A stretch of 38,602 nucleotides of DNA from contig CALIEL010000022.1 in assembly GCA_938022235.1 (NCBI GenBank), positions 1 to 38,602 of the forward strand, written 5' to 3'. The notes beneath the pieces are model-generated. The model had not been told where the DNA came from. It did no database searches and was given only the letters and a program-made list of their open reading frames with translations. This document shows, in pieces, positions 1-8,454 of the stretch. Each line of letters opens with the position of its first letter. Position 1 is the first letter of the stretch. The stretch is from Oribacterium parvum (GTDB taxonomy: Bacteria; Bacillota; Clostridia; Lachnospirales; Lachnospiraceae). A program made the position numbers and the translations under genes.

Positions 1-1
1 T

Positions 2-424
2 GCTAAGGCTGCAGAGGAGGCCTATGCTACCATGGTGGAAAGAGAGAAAAGAAAACGGGAGCTTCAGAAGCTATTCTTTAGACGGCTTTTGGAAGAGGTA
101 CCCGGAATGCAGATTACCGGGGTGAATCCGCTGGAAACATCCGAGGAAAATAGACTTTCCGGCAATGTGCACATTTGCATAGAGGGAATAGAGGCGGAGA
201 GTCTCTTGTTGCTTTTGGATCAAAAGGGTATTTGCGCCAGTGCCGGTTCTGCCTGTGCCAGTGGTTCCGTGGAGCCAAGCCATGTACTTTTGGCTATGGG
301 GAAAAGCCATGTGGAGGCCTATTCCGGACTGCGTTTAAGCTTTGAAGAGGACTTAAAGGAAGAGGAGCTGGAGTTTACCGTGGAGGCGATTCGAGAAGGG
401 GTAGAGCGCTTAAGGCGGAATTAA
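2..424 (+). CDS. iscS: Cysteine desulfurase (IscS/NifS family), C-terminal part; 5' end lies outside the window
   Basis: SAGSACASG catalytic-Cys motif, PSHVLLAMG and LRLSF motifs; frame open from position 2. Confidence 0.9.
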   Translation, partial: AKAAEEAYATMVEREKRKRELQKLFFRRLLEEVPGMQITGVNPLETSEENRLSGNVHICIEGIEAESLLLLLDQKGICASAGSACASGSVEPSHVLLAMGKSHVEAYSGLRLSFEEDLKEEELEFTVEAIREGVERLRRN

Positions 425-536
425 ATTTCATATCCGTATACGGATATTATCCGAATGTGGAGTATAGGAGAAGAGGCTAAGCCATTGTAAAATAGGCTGA
501 GAAAGGCTTCTTCTTTTTTTACTTAGGAGGTTCCTT

Positions 537-1068
537 ATGCTCGGAAAGATGAGAAGACATAAAATCAGTAGAGAAGAAAAAAAGAGCAATTCTTGCAGAG
601 TTCACACAATTACCGGAAAGCTATGTTATATTTATCGTGAAAAAAGATATACTGAATTTACAGAAACAGATTTATTATGTGGACAGAAGGATTAGGGATT
701 CGGAAGAATACTTTTCAGATGGTTCACACATCATTTACTTAAATACTGAGATTACGGAAGAAAATGCTTTTGGGGATTTGGTAAGGGACTTTCAAAGGAA
801 AAATCCGCAAGAAATGCATTCGTCGGTTTTGGCAAGAAGAGTGAAGGAGTTAAAGGAATCTTCCATGGAGAGAAAAGGAGGGCCGGAGATGAATATGGCA
901 CTGGAAAAACTATTAGCAGTAGGACGGGAAGAAGGAAGAGAGGAAGGAGAAAGCAGAGCAGCTCAATTAATGGGGCTTCTTGCGGAACAGGGCAGGCTGG
1001 AAGATATTAAAAAAGCTTCTTTGGATCAGGAGTTTCGGAAACAACTACTCAGGGAGCTGAAACTCTAA
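537..1068 (+). pseudogene. Rpn / PD-(D/E)XK nuclease family gene with the nuclease domain deleted and the start out of frame
   Basis: LPESYVIFI (610-636), FSDGSHIIYLN and GREEGREEGE are typical of this family. RBS AGGAGG 525-530 and ATG 537 are out of frame with the body. No PD-(D/E)XK core is present. Confidence 0.7.
889..1068 (+). CDS. Putative 59-aa intragenic Rpn C-terminal protein (RpnS-like antitoxin)
   Basis: AAGGAGG at 875-881 lies 7 nt before an in-frame ATG at 889. Confidence 0.5.
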   Translation: MNMALEKLLAVGREEGREEGESRAAQLMGLLAEQGRLEDIKKASLDQEFRKQLLRELKL

Positions 1069-1127
1069 GGGCTAAAGTAAGAGACTTTCGGATTCTAAAT
1101 ATATTTGAAAAAAGAAAAAAAAAATTA

Positions 1128-1176
1128 TTGACAACAGATTTACATATGATAATATATTCATATGCAAATCTGTTGT
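1128..1176 (+). promoter_or_regulatory. Sigma-A promoter overlapped by an ArsR/SmtB operator
   Basis: TTGACA 1128-1133. Inverted repeat ACAACAGATTTACATATGA (1131-1149) / TCATATGCAAATCTGTTGT (1158-1176) with one mismatch and a CzrA/SmtB-like CATATGA...TCATATG core. Confidence 0.8.
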
Positions 1177-1288
1177 TGCTTTTTTGAGTGGTTTTTATAG
1201 CCTGCCATTCATTATGCAAGAGAAGAGGGACTTTACAAAAATTTTTACCATAAGGTTCGTAAAGTCCGTAATCTCAGAAAGGAGAGGA

Positions 1289-1621
1289 ATGAGTCAAGTG
1301 ATTGCCTTGGAACATCAAAGAGCAGATAGTCATGCAACGATTTCCGAGGATAGCTTATGTGATTTAGCGGAAGTGTTTAAGGTCTTTGGAGATTCCACCA
1401 GAATCAAGATTCTCTACGATTTGTTTGAAGGAGAGAAAAATGTTACGGAGATTTGTCAGGACTTGGAAATGAATCAGTCCGCCATTTCTCATCAGTTAAA
1501 GATTCTTCGTACCGCCCGCTTGGTTAGCGGAAAAAGAGTGGGGAAAAGCATTCTCTACTCCTTGGCGGATGAGCATGTCAAGACCATCATTGCCATGGGC
1601 ATTGAGCATATCGAAGAATAA
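1289..1621 (+). CDS. ArsR/SmtB family metal-sensing repressor (CzrA/CadC-like)
   Basis: FKVFGDSTRIKIL, QSAISHQL HTH, alpha5 site DEH-x10-HIEE; RBS GAAAGGAG before ATG 1289. Confidence 0.9.
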   Translation: MSQVIALEHQRADSHATISEDSLCDLAEVFKVFGDSTRIKILYDLFEGEKNVTEICQDLEMNQSAISHQLKILRTARLVSGKRVGKSILYSLADEHVKTIIAMGIEHIEE

Positions 1622-1629
1622 AAGAAGTG

Positions 1630-1662
1630 ATGAGAAATCAATGAGAAATCAATGAGAAATCA
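1630..1662. repeat. Tandem repeat, 3 x ATGAGAAATCA
   Basis: Three exact 11-bp units. Confidence 0.9.
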
Positions 1663-1724
1663 TAAGAACAGAAACTATTTACTATAGGAAACAATAAAAA
1701 TCAAGATAGAAAAGAGGAGAAAAA

Positions 1725-1943
1725 ATGAAGAAGAAGTTTGAATGTGAAATTGATTGTGCAAATTGTGCGGCTAAGATACAGGAAGCTATCGGAAAGATTC
1801 CGGGAGTACAGTCTGTAAAGCTAAACTTCATGATGCAGAAGTTTACCTTGGAGGCGGAGGATAATCGCTTTGAGGAGATTTTGCAGGAAGCCATCCGTAT
1901 AGGAAAGACCATTGAGCCGGACTTCACCGTGAAGGGCGTGTAG
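1725..1943 (+). CDS. Stand-alone heavy-metal-associated (HMA) domain protein
   Basis: IDCANCAAKI CxxC motif, 72 aa, upstream of a P1B ATPase. Confidence 0.85.
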   Translation: MKKKFECEIDCANCAAKIQEAIGKIPGVQSVKLNFMMQKFTLEAEDNRFEEILQEAIRIGKTIEPDFTVKGV

Positions 1944-2036
1944 GAGAATAAAGTCCAAAGCTTGCAGTACTATGAGTAGAGTATTGAAGCGGATTATCAG
2001 AGTAAGTACCGGAAAAGCAATAGTTTAGAGTAAAGT

Positions 2037-2097
2037 ATAGAGTAGAAAAAATATAGTAAAGAAGAGCAAAGCATAGAGTAGAAAAAATATAGTAAAG
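2037..2097. repeat. Direct repeat ATAGAGTAGAAAAAATATAGTAAAG x2, period 36 bp
   Basis: Exact copies at 2037-2061 and 2073-2097. Confidence 0.85.
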
Positions 2098-2107
2098 GGG
2101 AAATACC

Positions 2108-4144
2108 ATGTCAGAGAAACTTATTCGGGAAAGAAACAAGCTTCTTCTTTCCGTCATCTTATTCTTAATCTTATTGATTGTGGAAAAGACGGGGATTCTT
2201 CCCTTCCTTCCGGAGCATTCTCTTTGGTATCTTCCGCTTTATCTTATTCCTTATTTTCTCAGCGGTCTTTCCGTGGTAAAGGAATGTTTTCTGGGAATCA
2301 AAAACAGGCGTCCCTTTGATGAAGCCTTATTGATGACTGTGGCCACCTTAGGCGCCTTCCTTTCCGGAGAATTTGCGGAAGCGGTGGCGGTAATGGTCTT
2401 CTATCAGATGGGAGAGCTTTTCCAAAGCTATGCGGTAAGAAAAAGCAGAAAGTCCATTAAGGAGCTGATGGATATTGTACCGGAGCTGGCCCACATTGAA
2501 AGGGAAGACGGCACCGTAGATACCGTGGATCCGGATGAGGTAGAAGTAGGGGATATGCTTTTGGTAAAGCCGGGAGAAAGAGTGCCGGTGGACGGCATTG
2601 TCCGTCAAGGAGAAAGTATGGTAAATACGGCAGCCCTTACCGGAGAGTCCGTCCCCAGAGAGGTATTCCCCGGAGAAAAGATTATTTCCGGCTGTATCAA
2701 TGGAGAGGGCATGCTTCGTGTAGAGGCTTTGAAGGCCTTTGAGGATTCCACTGTTTCCAAGATTTTGGAGCTGGTGGAGGAGGCCTCCGAGAAGAAATCC
2801 AAGGCGGAGAACTTTATCACAAAGTTTGCCCGGATTTATACCCCGATCGTAGTATATTCGGCATTGGCATTGGCTATACTGCCAAGCCTTGGCCTGTTCT
2901 TGGGAACAAAAATAGGCCTGGTGTCTCCGGAGTTTTTCGCAGCCCATCCTCCCCTTACCTGGTTATATCGTGCCTGTACCTTTTTAGTAGTGTCCTGTCC
3001 CTGCGCTTTGGTGATTTCCGTGCCCCTGTCCTTCTTCGGAGGAATCGGTGCGGCTTCCCGAGAGGGTGTACTGGTAAAGGGCTCCAACTATCTGGAGCTG
3101 GTATCCAAATTAAAGGTTGTAGTGTCCGATAAAACAGGAACCCTAACCAAGGGGAATTTCGCCGTGCAGGAGATTGAGCCTTGGGAGGGAATTTCCAAGG
3201 ATGAGCTTCTTCGCACTGCCGCTATGGCGGAAAATGGTTCCACCCACCCCATCGGGCTTTCCATTCTCAGCGCCTACAAAAAATGGATGGAAGATTCTTC
3301 GAAGGCTAATGCTTCTCCGGAAGATGTCGTAGTAGAAAATGATCCGATGAAGCATTCTTCCGGAAAGGAAAGCAACAGTCTTCCTTTCCCGGAAAATACG
3401 GAAAATCGCAGCGGTGCAGGCTTGATTTCCATTGTGGAAGGGTGCAAAATTTTAGTGGGAAAGGCCAAGCTTTTAGAGGAAGAAGGCATTTCCGTACCAC
3501 AGCAGGATGAGGGAGCTGCCACCATTTGCCTGGTAGCAAAGGACGGTCAGTATCTTGGAAGAATCTTGATTGCGGATGAGGTGAAGGAAAGCAGTAAGGA
3601 AGCAGTTTCGAAAATGAAGCAGCAGGGCATTGAAAGTGTGGTTATGCTTACCGGAGACAGTACTCCTGTAGCGGAGGCGGTAGGCCGGGAGCTGAATTTG
3701 GACAGCGTTTACGGAGAGCTGCTTCCCGCCCAGAAGGTGGAGAAGGTGGAGGAAATCCTTAGCTCTTTAAGCGGAGAAGGAGAGAAGCGTAGCGGTTATC
3801 TTGCCTTTATCGGAGACGGTATCAATGATGCACCGGTGCTTTCCCGGGCGGATGTGGGCATTGCCATGGGCGCTATGGGATCGGATGCAGCCATTGAAGC
3901 GGCGGATGTAGTCATTATGGATGACGACTTAAGTAGAATTCCCACCCTCATTGCCATCGGAAAGAAGACCATGACGATTGCCATGCAAAACATTGTTTTT
4001 GCCCTTGCAGTAAAGTTTTTGGTGCTGATTTTAAGTGCCGTAGGAATTGCCAATATGTGGGCGGCAGTGTTTGGCGATGTGGGGGTAACCGTCATTTGCA
4101 TCATCAACGCCATGCGCTTGATGCAAAACCCGAAATCTATATAA
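2108..4144 (+). CDS. cadA: Heavy-metal (Cd/Zn/Co) translocating P1B-type ATPase
   Basis: TGES, SCPC, DKTGT, HP and GDGINDAP motifs; no N-terminal HMA domain. Confidence 0.92.
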   Translation: MSEKLIRERNKLLLSVILFLILLIVEKTGILPFLPEHSLWYLPLYLIPYFLSGLSVVKECFLGIKNRRPFDEALLMTVATLGAFLSGEFAEAVAVMVFYQMGELFQSYAVRKSRKSIKELMDIVPELAHIEREDGTVDTVDPDEVEVGDMLLVKPGERVPVDGIVRQGESMVNTAALTGESVPREVFPGEKIISGCINGEGMLRVEALKAFEDSTVSKILELVEEASEKKSKAENFITKFARIYTPIVVYSALALAILPSLGLFLGTKIGLVSPEFFAAHPPLTWLYRACTFLVVSCPCALVISVPLSFFGGIGAASREGVLVKGSNYLELVSKLKVVVSDKTGTLTKGNFAVQEIEPWEGISKDELLRTAAMAENGSTHPIGLSILSAYKKWMEDSSKANASPEDVVVENDPMKHSSGKESNSLPFPENTENRSGAGLISIVEGCKILVGKAKLLEEEGISVPQQDEGAATICLVAKDGQYLGRILIADEVKESSKEAVSKMKQQGIESVVMLTGDSTPVAEAVGRELNLDSVYGELLPAQKVEKVEEILSSLSGEGEKRSGYLAFIGDGINDAPVLSRADVGIAMGAMGSDAAIEAADVVIMDDDLSRIPTLIAIGKKTMTIAMQNIVFALAVKFLVLILSAVGIANMWAAVFGDVGVTVICIINAMRLMQNPKSI

Positions 4145-4168
4145 AAGGGAAGGAGAAGTCCTGAGAAA

Positions 4169-4792
4169 ATGGAGAAGAAACTGGATTTTTTTTATATCGG
4201 TGAGTCCTATGGGGGAAACCAGGATTGGTGTTTTGACCATATGATGCAGCTGGGGGGCTGTGGCGCCATTACCGCCTGTGACAGTTCGATTTATCTTGCC
4301 CTGCACCATGGAAAAAAATCTTTATATTCCGGAAATTTGGAAAAATTAGATCAGGACGAGTACCTTTATTTTACCGAAGAAATGAAGAAATACCTGCATC
4401 CCCGTTGGTCCGGCATCGATAAACCGGAATTATACGTGGAGGGCTATCAGAATTTCTTAAAGGAGCATCAGGAAGAAAACCTGATGATGACCATCGTTCC
4501 CGGGGCGGAAAATGTTGCCAAAGCGAAAGAATGTGTTGTGGAGCAGATCGATAAAAATCTTCCTGTCCCCATTTTGATTTTGAATCATCAGAATCCGGAC
4601 ATGGATGACTATATCTGGCACTGGTTTTTGCTGATCGGTTACCGTTATCAGGGGGATGACCCCTTGGCAGAAGGAAATGACTTTCAGGTACAGACCGTCA
4701 CCTACTCGGAGGCGGCATGGGTTTCTCTGGAGGCGCTTTGGGATACGGGCTATAAGACCAAAGGCGGTTTGATAAAGTACCACTTACTATAA
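4169..4792 (+). CDS. Hypothetical protein, possibly papain-like / C39-like cysteine peptidase fold
   Basis: NQDW...GGCGA and WHWFLLIGY resemble the Gln/Cys/His arrangement of C39-like peptidases; RBS GAAGGAG. Confidence 0.55.
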   Translation: MEKKLDFFYIGESYGGNQDWCFDHMMQLGGCGAITACDSSIYLALHHGKKSLYSGNLEKLDQDEYLYFTEEMKKYLHPRWSGIDKPELYVEGYQNFLKEHQEENLMMTIVPGAENVAKAKECVVEQIDKNLPVPILILNHQNPDMDDYIWHWFLLIGYRYQGDDPLAEGNDFQVQTVTYSEAAWVSLEALWDTGYKTKGGLIKYHLL

Positions 4793-4799
4793 AACAAAT

Positions 4800-4877
4800 G
4801 GGGCTGGAAAAATAGAGAAAGCCTTCCTTTCAGTATAGGGTTAAAATTCGGGCACGCTCCCGCTAACTTCGCCTACG
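4800..4877 (+). repeat. Left-half copy of the structured repeat family
   Basis: GGGGCTGGAAAAAT...CAGTATAGGG...GGGCACGCTCCCGCTAACTTCGCC matches the copy at 7930-7975. Confidence 0.75.
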
Positions 4878-4949
4878 TATATGAGTTAACCGTAGCTGAT
4901 ATTTTTCAAAAATTGGCTTTGATACTGGATTATGTGCATCAATATAAAT

Positions 4950-4997
4950 CGCCCTACTTCCTTGATTTACAAGGCTGTAGGGCGGTTCATTTTTTTT
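4950..4997. terminator. Hairpin / probable intrinsic terminator between convergent genes
   Basis: CGCCCTAC...GTAGGGCG stem enclosing CCTTG-ATTTA-CAAGG, followed by a T run. Confidence 0.55.
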
Positions 4998-5078
4998 GGA
5001 AGTGAATGGAAAATATAGTAAAGCAAATCTTCCTGTCAGGAAGAGCTTACTGTTTTATATTCGCTTCTTTTTATTCTT

Positions 5079-5963
5079 TTATAGCATCGATAATTCACCC
5101 AAAGCGATGAAGTTCTTCATTTCCTCCGTAATCCACTTATCTTTGTGGTAGAAGAGCTGGCGATACATCTGCATCTCAAAGTCCTGCACCTTCAGAAGTC
5201 GTAGGCTTCCGTCGTTCAGACTTTCCTCCACGGCGTATCTGGGGAGGAAGGAAAGTGCCTGGTTTTCTTTAATCAGCTCGATAATCACATCCGGATTTCT
5301 GGTTTCAAAGAAGGGGCGTATACCCAAATGTCGGGAGGCCAATTCCTGTTCCAATGCATAACGGTAATTGGAATCCTTCTCCGTCAGGAAGAAGGGCTGG
5401 TTTAAAAGCTCAGCCAAAAGATATTCTTCCTTTTCCGGAAGTTTGGCGTCTTTGGAAGCCACAAAAACCACAGCCTCCGGTTCCTCTAAAGTCTTCTCCC
5501 AGTTTTGTCCGTAAACCTTCTGGTCGATGTAATAGGCCAAATCAATCTGGTTATGATCCAGCATTTCGTTCAGCTCCTTCGGTGTTCCGGAGCGGATTTC
5601 CAAAGCCACGGTAGGGTAGTGTTTATAGAAATAACTGACTACCTTCGGCAGTTTAAAGCTGAGTAAGGACTCCAAAGTGCCGATACGCAACCTATGATCC
5701 TTTACTACGGCATTTCCCAACATCGCATGGACATCATCCACTTTTCGCAGGATTTCGTTGGCATACATCAGAAACTTCCTTCCGGGAGGGGTTAATTCCA
5801 CGTGCCTTCCTACCCGGTCAAAAAAGCGGGTGTTGAATTCCAGCTCCAGTTGGCGAATCTGAATGGTTACTGCCGCCTGGGTGTAGCCCAGAGCTTCTGC
5901 CGCCTTGGAAAAGCTTTGTAATTCAACGATTTTTATAAAAGAATGCAGCTGTCTTATTTCCAT
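5079..5963 (-). CDS. LysR family transcriptional regulator
   Basis: SFSKAAEALGYTQAAVTIQIRQLE HTH, 294 aa. Confidence 0.93.
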   Translation of the reverse strand: MEIRQLHSFIKIVELQSFSKAAEALGYTQAAVTIQIRQLELEFNTRFFDRVGRHVELTPPGRKFLMYANEILRKVDDVHAMLGNAVVKDHRLRIGTLESLLSFKLPKVVSYFYKHYPTVALEIRSGTPKELNEMLDHNQIDLAYYIDQKVYGQNWEKTLEEPEAVVFVASKDAKLPEKEEYLLAELLNQPFFLTEKDSNYRYALEQELASRHLGIRPFFETRNPDVIIELIKENQALSFLPRYAVEESLNDGSLRLLKVQDFEMQMYRQLFYHKDKWITEEMKNFIALGELSML

Positions 5964-6289
5964 GATGTCTATCCTCCAAGCATTATCTTCTCAGTATATA
6001 ACCAATATTCAATTTTTTGTTGAAAACGACCTATAAAATTTATTTCCGTTTCTTGCAAAATATCTTATAATAAAAAATTTTCCTATTGACTTATGTTTAT
6101 TTTATCACAAAAGGAAGAAGGGGGAAAGGAACGCTTTTCTGAAGATTCTAAAAATTCTACGCATTTTCAAGTCTATTCTATCAATACATTTCAAGAGGAG
6201 ACGAAACGAGGCCGAAAACCTGCCGGAGGCAAGAAGGAAAATAAGTAGGGAAAGAATAGTCTTCTTATAGAATGTACGGGAAAATAATT

Positions 6290-6318
6290 TTGACATAGTC
6301 AGAGTCGGAGAGTATGAT
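6290..6318 (+). promoter_or_regulatory. Sigma-A promoter of the permease gene
   Basis: TTGACA 6290-6295, 17 bp spacer, TATGAT 6313-6318. Confidence 0.7.
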
Positions 6319-6392
6319 AGGGAACGGCGTAAATGTACGAAGAAAATTGAATAGACTGAGATTCCCTGAGAATAGCTACAAAGGAGGATAAT

Positions 6393-7802
6393 GTGGAGAA
6401 AATCAAAAATATCGGAGAAGAAGCTATTTACGATGCCAGAGTCTTGGGAAAAGGAAGGTTTGTGGTCTTAGGATTACAACATCTTTTTGCCATGTTCGGA
6501 GCAACGGTATTGGTACCCTTGCTGACCGGCTTGTCCATTTCCACCACCCTGCTTTTTGCGGGACTGGGCACACTTTTGTTTCACTTTCTTTCAAATAATA
6601 AGGTGCCCGCGTTTCTAGGCTCTTCCTTCGCCTTTTTGGCAGGGTATATGAGTATAGCACCCAATAAGGAGCCGGAGCTTCTGCTCTACGCCTGCTTCGG
6701 GGTAGCCTGCGCAGGACTAATGTATCTGGTGCTGGCCTTTCTCTTCCAGGCCTTTGGAGCCAATCGGGTTATGCGGTATTTTCCGCCGGTGGTTACAGGA
6801 CCTATTATCATTGCTATCGGTTTGAATCTATCCAAGTCTGCGGTGGAAAACTGCTCCACCAACTGGGGGCTGGCGCTCCTGGCCATCTGCGTAGTCATCT
6901 TTTGCAACATTTTCGGAAAAGGCATGGTAAAAATTATTCCTATTCTCTTGGGGGTTCTGGTGTCCTACAGCTTTGCGGCGGTTTTAGGCCTTGTGCCCTT
7001 TGAAAGCATTAAAGAAGCGCCGATTTTCGGCTTTCCGATAGACTACCACAGAACGGTTTTCTCCCTGTTTACCGAGGGCAAACTGGATCCGGCTCTACTT
7101 CTGAGCAGCAGCCTGACCATTATCCCCATTTCCTTTGCAACAATGATGGAGCATATCGGCGATATCTCCGCCATCTCCTCTACAGTAGGCATTAACTATC
7201 TGGAGGATCCGGGCTTACACAGAACCCTTTTGGGAGACGGTTTGGCCACAACGCTTGCTTCCCTCTTCGGTGCTCCTGCCAATACAACCTACGGAGAAAA
7301 TACCGGTGTGCTGAGCCTTACCAAGGTTTATGATCCCAGAGTCATTCGTCTGGCGGCCTGCTTTGCGGTACTCCTTAGCTTCTGCCCGAAGTTTTCCGCA
7401 GTGATTGAGGCAATGCCTCAGGCCATTATCGGCGGAATCTCCCTGGTGCTTTACGGCATGATTTCCGCAGTGGGTGTTCGAAATGTGGTGGAAACCAAGG
7501 TGGACTTCTCCAAGAGTAGAAATATCATTGTGGCGGCTATGATTCTGGTCTTGTCCATCGGTATCAACTACTCCTCCGAGGGAGCTCTGCATTTTCAGCT
7601 CTTCGGGATTCAGATTGCCTTCTCCGGAATTGCCACAGGCTCTTTAGTAGGAATTCTGTTAAATGCCATCCTGCCGGATAAGGATTATGAATTCGCAGAG
7701 AACAAGCCAAACGACACCGGTGTGGATTTACAGATTTCACAGGGAAAGAGCTTGTTATTCGAAATTGCAACAAAATATGGTGACAAGGAAAAGAAGGATT
7801 AA
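6393..7802 (+). CDS. uraA: Uracil-xanthine permease (NCS2, UraA/PyrP-like)
   Basis: LQHLFAMFGATVLVP, GSSFAF, EHIGD and PANTTYGEN motifs. Confidence 0.85.
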   Translation: MEKIKNIGEEAIYDARVLGKGRFVVLGLQHLFAMFGATVLVPLLTGLSISTTLLFAGLGTLLFHFLSNNKVPAFLGSSFAFLAGYMSIAPNKEPELLLYACFGVACAGLMYLVLAFLFQAFGANRVMRYFPPVVTGPIIIAIGLNLSKSAVENCSTNWGLALLAICVVIFCNIFGKGMVKIIPILLGVLVSYSFAAVLGLVPFESIKEAPIFGFPIDYHRTVFSLFTEGKLDPALLLSSSLTIIPISFATMMEHIGDISAISSTVGINYLEDPGLHRTLLGDGLATTLASLFGAPANTTYGENTGVLSLTKVYDPRVIRLAACFAVLLSFCPKFSAVIEAMPQAIIGGISLVLYGMISAVGVRNVVETKVDFSKSRNIIVAAMILVLSIGINYSSEGALHFQLFGIQIAFSGIATGSLVGILLNAILPDKDYEFAENKPNDTGVDLQISQGKSLLFEIATKYGDKEKKD

Positions 7803-7810
7803 AGACTGGA

Positions 7811-8196
7811 AAAGGCCTGTAAAATCAAAATAACTTTCTAAGCAGTATAGGCCTGAAACGGGGCACGCTCTCGATAGCGTAATCCTATGTATTGAAGGAC
7901 TGTATTTATTATAAAGATGCGCTCTAATGCAGTATAGGTCTATAATCGGGGCACGCTCCCGCTAACCTCGCCTTCGCAGCGGTACTAACTTCAAGCTTCG
8001 CTTTGCTCGCTTTCAGTAAGTACCGGCGGGCTCAGATTACCCCTAATATAGACCTATACTGCATTATTCGCTTCATTTCTTGATTTTTACAGTTCTTCAC
8101 TTCACCGGATTTCGCAAGTATCGGGCTCAGACACCCCATTTTCAGACCTATATTGCCGAAAAGTTCTTTATCATTTTGATTTTCACAGTCCCTTTT
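7811..8196 (+). repeat. Outer copy of the structured repeat, interrupted by a nested copy
   Basis: Terminal inverted repeats AAAGGCCTGTAAAATCAAAA / TTTTGATTTTCACAGTCCCTTT; second stem 7832-7863 / 8134-8165; core halves GGGGCACGCTCTCG and CGGGCTCAGACACCCC. Confidence 0.8.
7893..8099 (+). repeat. Inner (nested) full copy of the structured repeat
   Basis: Ends TGAAGGACTGTA / TACAGTTCTTCA; perfect 20-bp stem 7925-7944 / 8047-8066; complete core 7948-8043. Confidence 0.85.
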
Positions 8197-8211
8197 TGTG
8201 ATTATACTACT

Positions 8212-8325
8212 TTACTCTGTCACCGCTTTTGCCTTATGTCCTGCCACCATAGCGTGTCCTGTGATAAAGCACATCACCATTCCAACAACTGCTACGACTG
8301 CCCAGAATTGATGTTTCTTCAGCAT
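8212..8325 (-). CDS. 37-aa single-pass membrane peptide (resembles DUF6219-type small proteins)
   Basis: RBS AAGAAAGGAG; MLKKHQFWAVVAVVGMVMCFITGHAMVAGHKAKAVTE; below the ORF-track size cut-off. Confidence 0.75.
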   Translation of the reverse strand: MLKKHQFWAVVAVVGMVMCFITGHAMVAGHKAKAVTE

Positions 8326-8454
8326 CTTAAAATCTCCTTTCTTGATGTACCCAAACCCTGTGTTGCTTTGTAGGGTATCCGTTGATGGGTGTAGTTCTAA
8401 TTATTGTTCTCAAATCATAGCATACTTTTGCGAACCTTAAAAACATATCAAAGT

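Noticed and set aside
577..584. A-AAA-AAG slippery heptamer in frame with ATG 537
   Set aside because: A -1 shift leads to the wrong frame; the Rpn body needs +1
1184..1288. ORF-track N-terminal extensions (also 9673, 16693, 17945, 28223, 32262 and 36432)
   Set aside because: Downstream ATGs have better RBS spacing and match the family starts
4866..4891. ACTTCGCCTACGTATATGAGTTAAC resembles a dif site
   Set aside because: Needs gaps to fit the 11-6-11 layout, lacks TTATG, and its left part belongs to the repeat core
6319..6392. PyrR attenuator or purine riboswitch upstream of the permease
   Set aside because: Leader is short, with no PyrR-binding loop consensus and no terminator
8080..8373. 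97-aa plus-strand ORF
   Set aside because: Overlaps the repeat and is antisense to a small ORF with a strong RBS
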